DNA of 62,733 nt, counting the filler, from Choristocarpus tenellus KU-1152 (Eukaryota; Protista; Phaeophyceae): the NCBI GenBank assembly GCA_964200185.2. It is 9 parts of 9 records of this genome, joined end to end, with 100 filler letters (N's around TTAATTAATTAA, not from the genome) between each part and the next. Parts side by side here need not be neighbours in the genome. Positions count along the whole stretch, not along the records: positions 1 to 5,984 come from CAXNAD020009241.1; positions 6,085 to 14,137 come from CAXNAD020005218.1; 7 more parts are not named here. One strand, given 5' to 3'. Position 1 is the stretch's first letter, and every line of letters starts with the position of its first letter. Shown here one piece after another: positions 1 through 13,622 of this stretch. The notes beneath the pieces were generated by a model. The model worked only from the letters and a program-made list of their open reading frames with translations, searched no databases and was not told where the DNA came from. Made by a program: the position numbers and the translations under genes.

Positions 1-934
1 CAGAATAAGGTGATAGCCATCTTACTTCAAGGTAAGCTTGCAAGGCTATGACATCTGCAGTGTATGGAACAAGGTTATAGCAATCTTACGTCAAGGTATA
101 CCTTTTTGGGGTGCCCTCGATATTGAAGGTATACCTCCGGGTGCACTTTTTGTCATGAATGCTAAATGCAACGGGAATTTATTTCCCCATGGTGTCAACT
201 TAGGGACGGAATGTGGAACAATGCAACCCACAATTTGACCTTGCCATTTTCCTGACTTGCGATGAACCTTGCCCTAGATTGACCACCGTTCATTCTATTA
301 TTTCTCTCCTTTCTCTACCCTCCTCTTGCGCGTCCTCCTGCCTCACTTCATTCTGAAGACTCCTAGTATCACCTGTTTGACAAAAACACTGCGCATGAAA
401 ATACGTTTAAAAGGAGGATGGTCATACTACCGTACATTCACTAGCTATCATAACTTCTTGGCATGCAACCTGTTCATGTCCTCAATTCCATCAAACACAT
501 ATCCGCACTACCTGTCTGTGTCGATTTATTGTTGTGTGTGCACCATTCCTTCAACGAGTGTTACAGCACTCTCCAAAGCTTATCTCCACAGGATGTATAA
601 CTCCAATCCACAGGCGTATAGATGAAAATCGTGCCTGTACAGGACTCCTGGGATACTCCAGTCAATAGGTTCAACGAGAAATTGTGAATGTTAGATCAGC
701 GGATGAAGGCTACTTTGAATCAAAGGGGAAGTGCGCCTAGGAGATTTAAAAGTGAAACCTGGTAATGGTAAGTTTATTATGTATATTGTAGAAGAGTCAA
801 AGGCGCAAAGTTCTCTGCTCAAGGGGGCAATCACATTGGACTGAACTCTTTCACCTCAGAGGGTGAGATCGAGTTTCAAAGATCTTCGCTCAACACCTCA
901 GAACAGATGAGGAAATTCAGGGAGCACAAAAACC

Positions 935-1345
935 TTAAAATACAACAGATGTTCCCGAATGATTGAGCAACGTCACAGCAAAGGAATGAATCGGGCCGAA
1001 TCGGAATGTTTCTTCATTCTGACAGTCCATTTTGGCTGTTCGGTCAAATCCGGATCTTATGGATGTGGTTGGTTTGTTGAACAGGTCAGTATGGATGAGC
1101 TCAAATGACGTGGTTGGTGCGCACAATTGTGTATGACCACGCGTCTTCGGCACAAGTGTGTGTTTCGGAGATCCCAAAAAAGGAACCTGTCCCTGACATT
1201 GCCCCACCCCCGGTGTAGATACTATCTGACACGAACGTAAAGTGGCTGGCCAGCAGTTCATGTCGGACAGGTCCATCTTTGTGACGAAAAAAATGAAACA
1301 ACCTGGCTGTATCAACTCAGGGTAGATAAATAAAAGGTGGAGCAC
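935..1345 (-). pseudogene. Ty1/Copia integrase fragment, antisense to the Gypsy element
   Basis: Minus ORF contains PTTSFELIHTDL, matching the Copia integrase core start (xLELIHTDLxGP), preceded by a degenerate Cys-containing segment. Confidence 0.5.
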
Positions 1346-1681
1346 AAGTGGTGATCAGCCCTAGGTTGCAACCTAGTCCAAGTGAAATCTGATTTAACGG
1401 GTGGAAAGTATAGTGAGAAAAATGGCATGAACCTGCCTGTCTCCTACGTGCCTTCCGGGGATACTAGTAAATGAAGCTCAGTATCGCCACAGCTTTGGTA
1501 CATCAAGTCATCTATTGGGGAGTGTTGTGGGGATAGTGTCAAGGGTGGGTCACACGCATCATCCCATACTATCACGTCTTGTTCAACAACTTGCCTCCAA
1601 GGTGCTTGGACAACCAGAAAAAAATGGACTTTCAATGTTTGTTATATGCGCATTTGTTAATAGTGTGACGGACAGGTCCCT

Positions 1682-4600
1682 TTGGGAGCTGATATCAGTC
1701 CAAGTACACATTCGTGCGCACACACAAGTGCATTGCGCGTACCTTTCTTTGTCATCGGTGACTTTCCCGCCAATATCAAACATAGAAACGTTGAGGAACC
1801 TCAGACCACTTTTGGTTGGCATACATCTGCAATTCAACATTACTCTCAACACCCTTGTACTTTACAGGTTTCATCTCGTCGAGTATCAATTCCTGGCAAA
1901 ATTGATGATGATTTAGTTTCACATATCACATTTGATACCGCATCTGACATTCCAGTCATTAGCTATCGTTACATGCAAGCTCATCCCACCCTTTGTTCTG
2001 CTTACATCAATTCTATACCAGATGGTGCCTCACATTTAAGAGAAGCTGGGGGAAGACCTTTGCAAGTACATGGCTTTATTTTGTTTCAATTAACCTTGGG
2101 AAATAAAACACTACCTGTTCAAGCAGTTGTTCTACCATCCCTAGGAGTTGATAAAATACTTTTGGACAACAGTATCATGGCTGCTTTTGGAGCGAAGGTG
2201 GATTGGGATAGAGAAGAAATAACATTTACTGGGAGCACAGTTCGCATCCTAGCGCCTCATAAAATTTCTCCTATACCCATTGTTAATCCACCAACCACCA
2301 GTCAAAATACTGCTCAAACCTTTGCAACAAAAATGACAGTGGCTACAGTTTCGACTGAGTTCACCATACCTGTACATGTGAGACATAAAACATATTTACC
2401 CCCGGGAACCGAAACTGTTGAATCATTGTGTTCTCAGGCCTTACCTGGCTCAGCCAAAGATGCTGTAGTGGATACCATTGTCAAGACGAGCATGGACTTC
2501 ATCAATCAGGAACAGCACCACTCTCCAAGGAACGATATCACAACCTTACCTGGATCAGCCAAAGATGCTGTAGTGGATCCCATGGTCAGGACGAGCAAAG
2601 ACTTCATCAACCAGGAACAGCACCACTCTCCATGGAAAGATATCATGGTCAGTCGGTCTTTAACTGTTTGAAAAGACGATGGATCTTGGCTAGTTAAAAT
2701 TGTCAACCCTTCCAACCATGGTGTTAAAATACCTCCTCAATTTGTTGTAGGTCATATAGCATCAGTGGATCAAATTCATATCCTTTCTGAAGCACAGACC
2801 AGTACCATATCGGCTACCCCAAACACTCCAGAGGAGCTTAAACAAGCCCGTGATGAGTTGAAAGAGGTTTTTGGTAAAAAAGCCCTGGTAGATACAGTAT
2901 TATCTGATAAGGAACAAGAAGAACTATTTGACCTTGTTTCCAAATATCGACCTGTATTTTCACTCACTTCTGAAGAACTAGGCTGTTGCAATAATACCAG
3001 TTGTTGAATTTCCACTTAAGCCAGGTACAGTCCCTGTGAACCGTCCACCATATCGGACCGCACCCAGAATACGTGAGACAATATGTAGTTGTGTGGAGGA
3101 CATGGAAAATCAGGGAATAATTCAACCCTCCTCAAGTCTTTGGGCGTCACCAGTAACCATAGTGACAAAACCTGATGGGTCTCCTCGATTTTGAGTAGAC
3201 TTTAGGCTCTCATTGAACAATAAATTGGTATGTAATTCCTGGCCGTTACCATCTATGGAAGATTCTTTGGGTACACTAGGGGGAGCAAAATACCTGTCGT
3301 GTCTCGATGTTCAGTCAGCTTACTGGCAACTACCTATCACTGACGCTAACGAACGCCAAAAAATGTCTTTGTCACACTGGATGGAAAGTACGAATTCAAA
3401 AGGCTACCCTTTGGTGTTGCTAATGCACCATGGATATATCAACGCTTCGTGTCTGAAACGTTTTCAACACTAGGACCGAGTATGGGCTTACTGATTTATC
3501 TTGATGACATTGTACTAGCCTCCCTAACGTGGAACCATCATATCCAACTTCTTGAGAGCGCATTGTCGTTACTGCAGCAAGTAGGAGTCACCCTCAAACC
3601 CTCTAAAGCCCAATTTGGCTCAAAAACAGTTCATTATTTGGGACATGAAGTCAGCCCTAGTGGTATTGCTGTGTCACCAGATCGAATCCAGGCTATTACC
3701 GCTCTGAAAGCCCCTAAATCTATAAAGGAATTACAATCCTTTCTAGGTTCCATGAACTTTGTTAGGAAATATATTCCCCATTTGGCCACAATAACTGAAC
3801 CCCTAGTGTCACTTACAAGGAAAAGTACGAAAAAAGCTGGAGAAGACAAATATATATCTCATCTATGGGGACGAACACAGCAAACTTCTTTTAATGAGTG
3901 CAAACGCCTATTAAGTATGGCGCCAGTGTTAATCTTTCCAGATTTTACTCAAGAGTTCTTTATTCACGTGGACGCTAGCGAGGTTGGCATGGGAGCTTTT
4001 TTGGCACATAAAAGTGAGGATAATAGTTTCCAAATTGTAGCCTACCATAGTGCTCTTTTTAAGCCAACCCAAAGACGATATTCAGCAACTCAGAAATAAT
4101 GTCTGGCCGTCATTCTTGCCATCACACATTAGTGCCCATATATTTAGGGAAAGCACTTTACCATTGTAAGTGATCATTCGGCTTTACATTGGTTACATAC
4201 AATGCAAGATACTTCCAATATGTTGACCAGGTGGGCCTTAGCCCTACAAGCCTTTGACTTTACAGTTTTACATAAGCCGGGACGTTTACACTACATTCCG
4301 GATATGTTATTCCGGACACGGTTGGAGGAATTTATGTTGGATGAAACACCACTTCCACTGCTCCACTGTGCCGTAATATGGGCCAAACAGAGTCGGATGT
4401 CTCCACGCCCAAGGTTTACCCTGCATATGATCTATCAGTGGATAAGCTGGGTAAAATTACCAGAGTACAAAATGATACGGAACTATTCACTAGCACCGTT
4501 AATGTTTTCGCAACAGTGGATCCTGAAGTACTATTCAAAGCTCAACAAGCTCAATATGGAGACTATTTCAAATATTTGGCTAATCCAGGAAAAGCCCTTT

Positions 4601-5984
4601 TACCAAAAAACGAAACAATGTATACCATGTCTTACTTTTTCACACAAGAAATGGAAGGCAAACAGATGGTATACAATCGTATCAACCCAGTCACCTTCGA
4701 AGAACGATAAATTCCGAGATCAATTAGTAGTACCCACTGAGATACAAGGTTTAATACTTCATGCCCTTCATGACCATAACGTCTCAGGACACCTTGCATT
4801 CAAGCACAAATTTGATTGAATTCGTGACCGCTTTTGGTGGCCCACTTTACATAAAGATATTCCAACTTGGTGTGAAACATGTCAATCATGCCAAAGCCGC
4901 AAGATAACTCCTTCTAAACCATCAAACCCTCCAGGGCATATGCCAGTAACTCGCCCATTTCAGAGAGTGGCAATCGATTTGGTAAAGTACAAAACTCAAT
5001 CAGAGAAAAATACTTATGTCTTATCTGCTGTTGACCATTTAACGAGGTTTGCTTTACTCAGTGCTATTCCTGACAAACGAGAAGCAACGGTAGCAAAAGC
5101 ATTAAGAGAACGAGTGTTTTCTATTTTTGGCGCCCCTGAAACCTTACACTCAGACCAGGGTAAGGAGTTTGAACATAAACTGATCCTAGAACTTCAAAAG
5201 ATCTACGGATACAAGAAAACAAAAACAACACCGTATTGACCTCAAGGCAATAGCATTCTTGAAAGAATTCATAAGACAATGCATGGCATGCTAGCTATGT
5301 ATTCCAACATGAAGCAATCGGATTGGGCGTCATTATTGCCTTTTGTGCAACTGGCTCACAATACCGCTTACAATACCACTGTACAAGAAACACCCTTTTA
5401 TTTAATGTTTGAGAGACGTCCCACATTACCAATCGATATCATTTTGGGAGAACCAGATGCCATGCCTATTTCTATCCAGGAGTACAGTAAACAAACAGTG
5501 GATAATTTACAACTGGCATATGAACTGACTAGACAGAATATTGGTGAGATGACTTTACGTAACGAATCCAAGGCCACTGAACACACCATTCCTATTTATG
5601 AAGTTGGTGCTGAGGTGTGGCTACACAAACCCCACACTTCGGCAGACGCTCCTAACCCTAAGTCACTGTTCCCGTGGAGAGGACCATATGAAGTAAAAAA
5701 GAGACTAACTCCGGTAGTCTACCGTGTGAAGGTGCAAGCCAACCGTCGAGAAATCACTGTGCATATAGCACGACTTAAACCACACAAAGAGGGCCACCCT
5801 CCTGAACCAGACATTGACTCTCTCGATTATTTATTTCTGGGCAGAATAATACCTGAACCAAATATAGAACAAGATGCAAGCGTTCAACCAATTTTAGGGT
5901 CATACTTTGTTGAGGGCATTGCAGACCATAAACCTGGAGTGGGTCGGAAATCCCCACATAACTATTCATACCGGCTTAGATTTA
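1682..5984 (+). mobile_element. Decayed Ty3/Gypsy LTR retrotransposon pol (protease-RT-RNaseH-integrase-chromodomain), truncated by contig end
   Basis: Gypsy domain order: protease FDTASDIPVIS (~1930), RT SPWASP-like/LDVQSAYWQ/IYLDDIV (3130-3520), RNaseH FIHVDASEVGMGAFL (~3960), integrase HHCC (HDHNVSGH...CETCQSC, 4760-4900), core IDLV/HSDQGKEF/ERIH (4970-5280), WRGPY, chromodomain start YFVEGIADHK...YSYRLRF. Several stops and frameshifts. Confidence 0.95.
2439..2645 (+). repeat. 105-bp in-frame tandem duplication in the Gypsy protease-RT spacer
   Basis: LPGSAKDAVVD...DFINQEQHHSP occurs twice; units start at 2439 and 2544. Confidence 0.95.
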
Positions 5985-6084
5985 NNNNNNNNNNNNNNNN
6001 NNNNNNNNNNNNNNNNNNNNNNNNNNNNTTAATTAATTAANNNNNNNNNNNNNNNNNNNNNNNNNNNNNNNNNNNNNNNNNNNN
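5985..6084. other. Artificial contig linker (N44-TTAATTAATTAA-N44); also at 14138-14237, 17817-17916, 29949-30048, 37312-37411, 41658-41757, 46439-46538, 56376-56475
   Basis: Eight identical 100-bp N-flanked spacers with stops in all six frames. A separate 10-N gap lies at 16800-16809. Confidence 0.99.
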
Positions 6085-9000
6085 CCAATGGCTGCACCTA
6101 CCCTTGCCTTTACCCCAAACCCATCGCTAATGCTAGTATCATTTCCTCCTCTCCCCCCCCCCCCCCCACCCCCTCCTCCATTCCGAGGGGACCCTGGCCC
6201 AGCTCCCGGTCCTTTCCCGTCTAAGGTCCCCACACCAGTCCCTCTGGATCCCCCACCAGGTCCACCCCCAACACCCATGCACCCACCCGTCTCATGTTCC
6301 CATTCTGCCAAGAACTCGCGAAGGACTTGGACCTTCGCAAATAGAATTATGTTGAGAGCATGAAGTATAGTGCGGAAGCTTAGGGAAAAGAAATGGAAAG
6401 TAGCAGGAATGCCTCTAACTAAATGCCTGGGTTTTTGTTTGGTTGTCTGTCAGACTTGATGGTTGAAATGTGTTTGTACTATGATTGAAACTGTTTGAAT
6501 ACAAGGATCTGCTCCAATGATTGAGATGGGACAGTCCCTTCTATGGCCAAAAACCAATTTGTGCCCATAGTCAGAATTTGTTGATCTGTTTGTCAATATT
6601 CCTTTGCTGATTGGTGTACTGAATTGTGTATCGCATATCCAAGCACTTGTTTTGTCTAAAATCCATTCAATGCTGCCTCATAAGCCTGGCAACCCTTCCT
6701 TCACAACTTGTATACTGAACGTAGATTAAGGCAGACAGTGGTATTTGATGTACTGGAGAGGAGAGAGGTAATAGTTGTTGTAGCCATGACAAACATACAG
6801 TGTTTGGGTGACAGAGGGGGAGGGAGGGAGGGAGGGAGAGGAGACGGGGGTGGAGAGGGGGTGTAGTTTTTCTAAACCTGTCCCTCCAGCAGTTCATATA
6901 GTGAAGGTTCTTGTGCCAAGTTGACCATGGTGCCCATGGCAAGCTGTCGGTATGTCTGCTTGTGCAGAACATGGGAGCTTGACCCAAGCAAAGGGTCGTT
7001 GGTCAGCATGCCCTGAGGGATTAGGGAATGTTACCAATAGTGAGACTCAAATGAGGGGGTTACACACTCATTGCTCTGGGTCATTTCACTCTGCTAATTG
7101 GACTTGAGCCTGGAAAATCACTCCTGCACAATAGAGCTGCCATTACTCAGCCAAGGAGTGCGAAAAGGATTGCTCACGGTTGGTTGTGTAATGTGATGAC
7201 CAACTGCTTTGTAGCTTACTTTGATTCGGCCAAAAACTTGACCGTCACTGTGATGAGCGATAAGAAGTCTGTATGGCGGATAGAAAGACAGCTGCAGGAG
7301 GACAGCCAACCACATCACACAAGCATCTCCACCTAAGTCTTCCTCGGATCTGAAGTGGCCCGTCATTGGATGCAAGAAGTGAGACAAGTACAGTAATCCT
7401 ACGTTTTCAGTGGGAGCAGGAACATCCATATATGAAAAGGAAAAATTCAACAAGCAGTGAATTCGGCTCTGATTCTTATTACCACTTTGTATCATAAGAC
7501 ACTCTGAAGTTTGACAGAGCCAAAGTATCTTAGAGGGTAGAGCCGCGTCCACTTGGGGACCAAAGATCAATGTTGCGATTTTGATATAATTTTGTCTATC
7601 GTCTTTGTTAGGAAGTGTTAATATCCATGCTCCGGACACACCTTTTCATAACGTATACATTTTACCTACTGTTAAATATTTTGGAGTAGGAAAATGTCAT
7701 TAAAAAACCCATGGGAAGCCAAGCCCCAAATAATGAACAAACAGGGAAAAACTCGTACCCTCTAAGATACTTCCACACACATTGTGAAGGAAAACCAGGA
7801 ATCATTGAAAGCACAATCCTGCACATATATTACTTTGAATTGCAATTTGCAGTCCCCTGTTATTAACTGCTGATCAGGGGTCAAACAGCGATTTGAGGAG
7901 ATATCCTGCACTGGTGTGTCTTTACCCTATACAATAAGCTTGTTGGTCCTTACCTTCCATGGCTTCCATCTTCATCTTCATCCATGACCAATGCCAGGGT
8001 CGTCATAATCGTTGCTGGATCCATCTTTGGATGGTCCAAATTCATGGTTGTCAAGTTCATCACAGTAAAAAGCACATTCCGCCTTATCAACGGACTTGCC
8101 ACCCTGGTAGGGGGTTTGGCTGCTGTACCTCCCCCAGCTCCATCACTGTAGGCCAGCCCACCTGTGCGATCTCCATGGTTCTTTCCCTTGTCCTCTCCAG
8201 CCTCACCCCTGTCAAGAATCTGTCCCCCACCAGTCGACCTGCATCCATCTCCCCCTAGACCTTGCTGATATGAAGTGAGTTCAGCTCTTTCATTTACTTC
8301 CTTCCCCATCTCTGCTTCTCTCTCTGCTCCAAACGCTTTACCAGGTAGGGGGGAAGTGAGAGCACCAGATCTGATCGTTCCAGAGACCGCTGAAGATGTT
8401 GCACCTGAAACAGCTATCACTACGGTTGGGGCTGCAGATGTTTTCACGGTGGCTGCAGCAGCATCAACTGTAGTTGCTGACTCTGCCACCTGTCGGTCCA
8501 TCTTGGACCCACCTTCAGGGCTCGAAGTCAATAGTTCGATGAGGGTAGATATAATGCCTCCCTCAAGGAGAGCTACATGGAAGGATGATTCGCATGAGAG
8601 ATTGAAGAGGGTGGTAGAGGCCAGCTCATGGACCTGCATGAATGGAGTAGATTGATGGTCTTAACATGGTGTGCTCTCAAGTACAAGAGAGATGTAGGAG
8701 TTGCCTAGTACAACTAACTGTATAGAGAGGGTTAAGAATATGAGTGAAATTTTCTTAGAGGGTACGAGTTTTGCCCTGTTTGTCCATTTGGAGCCTGGCT
8801 TCCCATGGGTTTTTTATGACATTTACCGACTCCAAATGTTTCGGAGTAGATAAAATGTTTATGCTATGAAAGGTGTGTCCAGAACGTGAATATTGACACT
8901 TCCTAACAAACACGATGGCCAAAATTACATCAAAATCGCAACATTGGATTTTGACCCCCAAGTGGACGCGACTCTAATCTCTAAGATGCTTTGGCTCATA

Positions 9001-12000
9001 TGTTTCAAGAACACACAAAACACTTGAGGACTAGCAAATAAAGCTGTTCCTTATTCTGGCGAGAGAAATATATGTGGGATTGAGTGAGTAGTGCATGAGA
9101 AACTTGTCACGGCAGATATTGATAAAATAATATACATTGAACTTTAGTGCATGCTTTGTCCTCAAGAGGCTGGTGTGACAAAGGGAAAAGAGCTAAAGTA
9201 TCTTAGAGGGTAGAGCTGCGTCCATTTGGGGGTCAAAATATAATGTTGTAATTTTGATATAATTTTGGCTATCATGTTTGTTAGGAAGTGTCAATATCTA
9301 TGTTTCAGACACACCTTTTCATAACGTATACATTTTAACTACTCCGAAACATTTTGGAGTAGGAAAATGTCATAAAAAAACCCATGGGAAGCCAAGCCCC
9401 AAATGGAAAAATAGGACAAAACTCGTATCCTCTAAGATACTTTCACTCAAAAAATATACCTCTTCAAGTGGAGAAGCTGTGACACACTTTGTGAAAGATG
9501 AGTGATGGGCACATTCCTTCTGTAGGATACTTCCGCTATATATATATATATATATATATATGAAGATAAGAAGGGGAGGGGGGGATTCATCAGGTGGACA
9601 AGGCACCTGGGCCTCATGTGCTCGACTGCAACTACAGCTTAAAATGGCTAAGAAGTCCAAAGGGATATGGCCAAGGTGGTGAGGTGTGTGTTGGATATCC
9701 TCAACTTATTGACCTTATTATTTGACATGAATAGACCTTGTATGGGTTATTGTTGGAATTATTGTGGTCTCATGTTTTGTGCGCTCTGCCTCTGCCCCTC
9801 TCCATAGGTCTTAGACAATGACTCTGACATAGCAGAGGGATTACAGAAGAGGCAAGGTTATCACAGTTCCATCTCCTAAAAAGTAGTGATCCCGAGATTG
9901 TGGTGAGATTGAAAGCAAGACAGGAAAAAAAGCAACAGCAATATCTTACAAAATAATGCTCGGGGTTGGTGATGTAGATTATTTGGGGGTGGGGAAGCGA
10001 AAGGGGAAGGATTTGGTGTGTGTGAGAGGTTCAAAAACCTAAAGTAGGGGTGAGGGGGGAAGGGAAGGTAGCTACCCATGAGATTTAGAGCATCGAATTT
10101 TCTTGCCTCAGAGGAGTAGCCATTGACAAGACTGAAGAAGTTGGGGAGGCCACTCCCAAAGACAAGCGGTGCACGCAGCTCTGGCAAGCACATTAGATTA
10201 TGCAGGGTCTTCAAGAAGTTATCCTTCACTTTGCTGGAGGCTTGCAAGAGTCTACCACCAATAATTTCCTCTAGTATCCGAGTTGAGGCGATCCATCCCT
10301 TCTCCGTGTCTTGGTTAGTGTGAGGCTCTTTCACCTGTCCCTGGTCCTGAGTAATGTTGATTTGACGAAGCTGAACCTGCCCGACTGCTACAAGGTTGCA
10401 CAAGGAAAGACTAGCATATACCTAGGTCGGGGTCAAATCCAGGGTACAGGTGGCAAGCATGGGTGGGTGTGATATTTTGTTCACCTTGTAGAAAAAAATG
10501 CCAAGTGATGTTTTTCTGGGCGAGGGGGGGGGCAGGGGGCAGGTAGGTTTCGAGTGTGTGACTAGAAATCTGGATTAAAAAAGCGGGGAGCAAGGATGAT
10601 GCAATGAATACATTGGGAGGGAAATTAGCATATAAACAGTGGACAGACAAGTGGAAACCTTACACAATACTACAGTACCACTGCTGTAGAACACATACAA
10701 TGCACATGGGTCGATTGCAAGTGCCAGTCACCTCCAGAGATGAGGACAAGGTGACAGGGAAATCAAGTATTCCTGACTCTGGCTCAAAATCTGGCAGTCT
10801 AAGCCCTGGAAGGCTGAACCACCTAGCAGCCCCTCGCTCAAAATACACTTGTCAGGTACACTAACAATCTTTCTGTTTTTTTTCTCCTTTCACTTTGCCT
10901 ACACCCCCACCTGCGTCTTGTACTCAGTGCCCTGCATGAGAAAGCCCAGTGATGTGCCAGTTTTTGTTCTCCTGATCATCTCCCTTGCAAAGGCCGGCTT
11001 CAAGCTCCACAAGCCCATCAATCTCGCACAGTGTCTCATGAGGTGTGCATCGGACCTTGAGAGCAGGACGATATCCGCCAGGGTATCCACCATATTTCTC
11101 TACGCAATCGAGTGGGCAGTGGGCCAATCACTACATTGAGGCACATGAACCAGGTATAGAGCTCTTTGGGGTGGAAGGGAGTCTACACGTAGGTGCTTTG
11201 TACCCCTCTGGTCACAAATTGTCTTACTGTAATGACAGCAAAAACTCTGTGGTTCTTGGCTGGAAGTGTGTATTCCCTTACCTGTTCCAGGGCACAGCCT
11301 GCATTCTTTTTTTATCATGCAAATGTCAATACCATCGCACATTAACAACACAAACAAGACGAAACCAAGAGGGGAAAAGACATTCAGGAAAATATATCAT
11401 AATAATAATAGTAATAGTAATAATAAAAATAATAAAATAATATAATGATGATGTTGATGATGAAAATAATAGTAGAATAATAACAATGAATATAGTAACT
11501 ATAATGATGATGTTGATGATGATGATAATGATGATAATAGTAGAATAATAACAATGATTATAGTAATTATAACAATAGTAACAGTAACAACAATAATAAG
11601 CATCTACAACTGGGAATGCGTAGCATTGGTGGAAAGGGGATACACTAAGAACCATGATCATTTCGTGTGACTGTTGAGCACTCCAGGGACAAGTTAACAT
11701 CAACTGCTTGATTTCTTTAACCAAGAGAATCAGCAGCTCTCACAAATTTCGTGCAGGAATCCTGGTTTGAAAGAAAACACTAAAAAGGTCTTTGATGAAC
11801 TTGCAGTCGCTACTTCACTCACCACCATAACCTCTGACCCATGGAAACTTGACTGCGTTGTTCCCTTAGAATCTGCCTTGTAGTTCTGCTGCTGCCCGTT
11901 GGCACCACCTTCATCCTGTCCCTTGCACTTATTCTTGTCTTCACCCTTATCACACAATTCCCCTTCACTGTATTGGTGACCGCGTGCTTCCTCTGTAAGG

Positions 12001-13256
12001 TCATTCCCGAGACCCTGCATGATATTCACCACACATGCCCTTACGGCACCTGTGTTGCCTGATATGACTGTTGCATCTCCCATATCTCTGAGAAAATCAC
12101 CCATGCCTGTTGCTTTGTCATCACTTTCATACTCATCACTAGAGCAATCACTGGTAGTGCTGCCACTATGATCACTGTCATTCCCATGACTGCTGTTGAC
12201 GTTTCCCCCACTAATGCCACTCTCCCCTCTACTTTGGATTCCACTTTTTCGATCACCCTTGCCCTTATCCTTATTATGTCTCAAGCCGATATCCTCTCTC
12301 CCAATGCTGCAGGTGCTGTTGAACACAGGCCCATTTTGTCCCCCTTCAACAGTCCGAGCAGAGTCATGCCCCTGAAATGCATGTCTCCTGAGCATCCTTA
12401 CAGGATGTTGAAGAGCCCTGAACTTTGTGCGTACTGTGGGTTCCTTCATCATCTGAGCAAGAACAGCCAGATTAGCCAGCACATTAGATGAAGATGTTTG
12501 TGTTTTGCCGTGGACAGGGCTATAGCTATGGCTGTTGTCAAGGTAGAACCTTCTGAGGGCAAGGTCAGCCACCCCTTGCCGAGCAAGACTCTGACACAGG
12601 TCTGGAGAGAGGGCCAGGCGGTACAAGCTTGCTATGGCGATGAACTGGATATCCTCATAATCAGTCAGCTGGGTTGGGGTCAGGGTAGGGGGTTAAACGT
12701 TAGAGGTGGGGGCATAATAGGATGCAGGTGTCTCAAGGGTGGGATTGGAGGAGTGGGCGAGAGTGGAGTAGGGGAGCAGAATTCGACCAGAGTAAGCGGC
12801 AAGAACAAAGTAGAAGAAAAGGTGAAAATACTCAAGAGTGGACTGTGGTCGGGAGGAATTATTGCAATGAGAAGCAAGGGTGGTAAGGGGGGAGGACAGC
12901 AGATTTGTATATGAGGTTCAGAGTAAAGACGTTTGAGAAGGCTGCTCAGAAAGAGACCCAGTTCAGAAAAAATGGATGCAACTGCTTGAAGCATATGCCT
13001 CTACTCAAGTGTGCCCCCTTACTCTCACCAATAAGTCCTACCCTCGCTTATTCATAGCCTCCTACTACACTCTGCATTGTTGAACTCTATGCATTAAAGA
13101 ATTGTCTTGCAGTACATACCCAACCCTAACTTCAATATCGTGATAGAGGGATTGTAATCCTTCGACAGTAAAAAAGTTCCCTCAATGCAATGGCACCTGG
13201 AGGATCCTCTCACAGAGACAGGGCAGGTCGCCCTCCACAAGCTGTGGCCTGTCTTC
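6085..13256 (-). CDS. Armadillo/HEAT-repeat protein, multi-exon and partial. Exons approx 13256-13197, 12668-11823, 11099-10911, 10421-10107, 8633-7954, ~7012-6878, ~6379-6085
   Basis: Phase-compatible joins give ARM-like helices: ERILQ|LTDYEDIQFIAIASLYRLAL, KTQ|VYASLSLCNLV, SSE|VHELASTTLFNLSCE...LLEGGIISTLIELL, RRNVLFTVMNLT, RQLAMGTMVNLAQE, separated by Gly/Ser-rich inserts. Exons between 7950 and 6380 are incompletely resolved. Confidence 0.7.
7517..7778 (+). mobile_element. MITE family A copy (~260 bp, TIR GAGyyAAAGTATCTTAGAGGGTA)
   Basis: Left GAGCCAAAGTATCTTAGAGGGTA, right TACCCTCTAAGATACTT; internally similar to five other copies in the window. Confidence 0.9.
8742..8997 (-). mobile_element. 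MITE family A copy, TSD ATAT
   Basis: Reverse-complement of the 7517 copy; flanks ATAT|GAGTG...GGCTC|ATAT. Confidence 0.9.
9190..9448 (+). mobile_element. MITE family A copy, TSD AAAA
   Basis: AAAA|GAGCTAAAGTATCTTAGAGGGTA...TCTAAGATACTTTCACTC|AAAA. Confidence 0.9.
11395..11600. repeat. Degenerate (AAT/GAT/AAC)n microsatellite in ARM-gene intron
   Basis: Run of aat/gat/agt/aac triplets. Confidence 0.9.
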
Positions 13257-13622
13257 CTTGCGATAAGTTAGGGAAAAAATTATTTTCGACACCACCTACC
13301 CAGATAGGCAATAGGAAAGTGTTCAGAATGGGGTTAGGCCTGGACAATAGAAGCTAAGGTTGGGGGGTGGAATGGGAAAGGAGGTAGTTGTAACCTGATA
13401 TGGCTTTTGCCCCTATCAATAGCGCCTGATAGTCTTTTGGTTAGACCCCTAAATTGGTGCAGAGTCTTTCAATAACAGTGTAACCACAACCTTGACTAGG
13501 ATGACATTTTTTTTTTTCAATTGTTGTAGCAAAGAATGTCCACGAAATGCTGTAATACAATCGGCACCAGCTACCCACACATCCCTTGTGTATAGCACCC
13601 GTGCAAGAAGTAGACACGTTGA

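Noticed and set aside
6088-6363. Pro-rich ORF on + (similar ones at 14245-14506 and 16566-17002)
   Set aside because: Antisense to the Gly-rich ARM exon, or produced by poly-G/C tracts near gaps.
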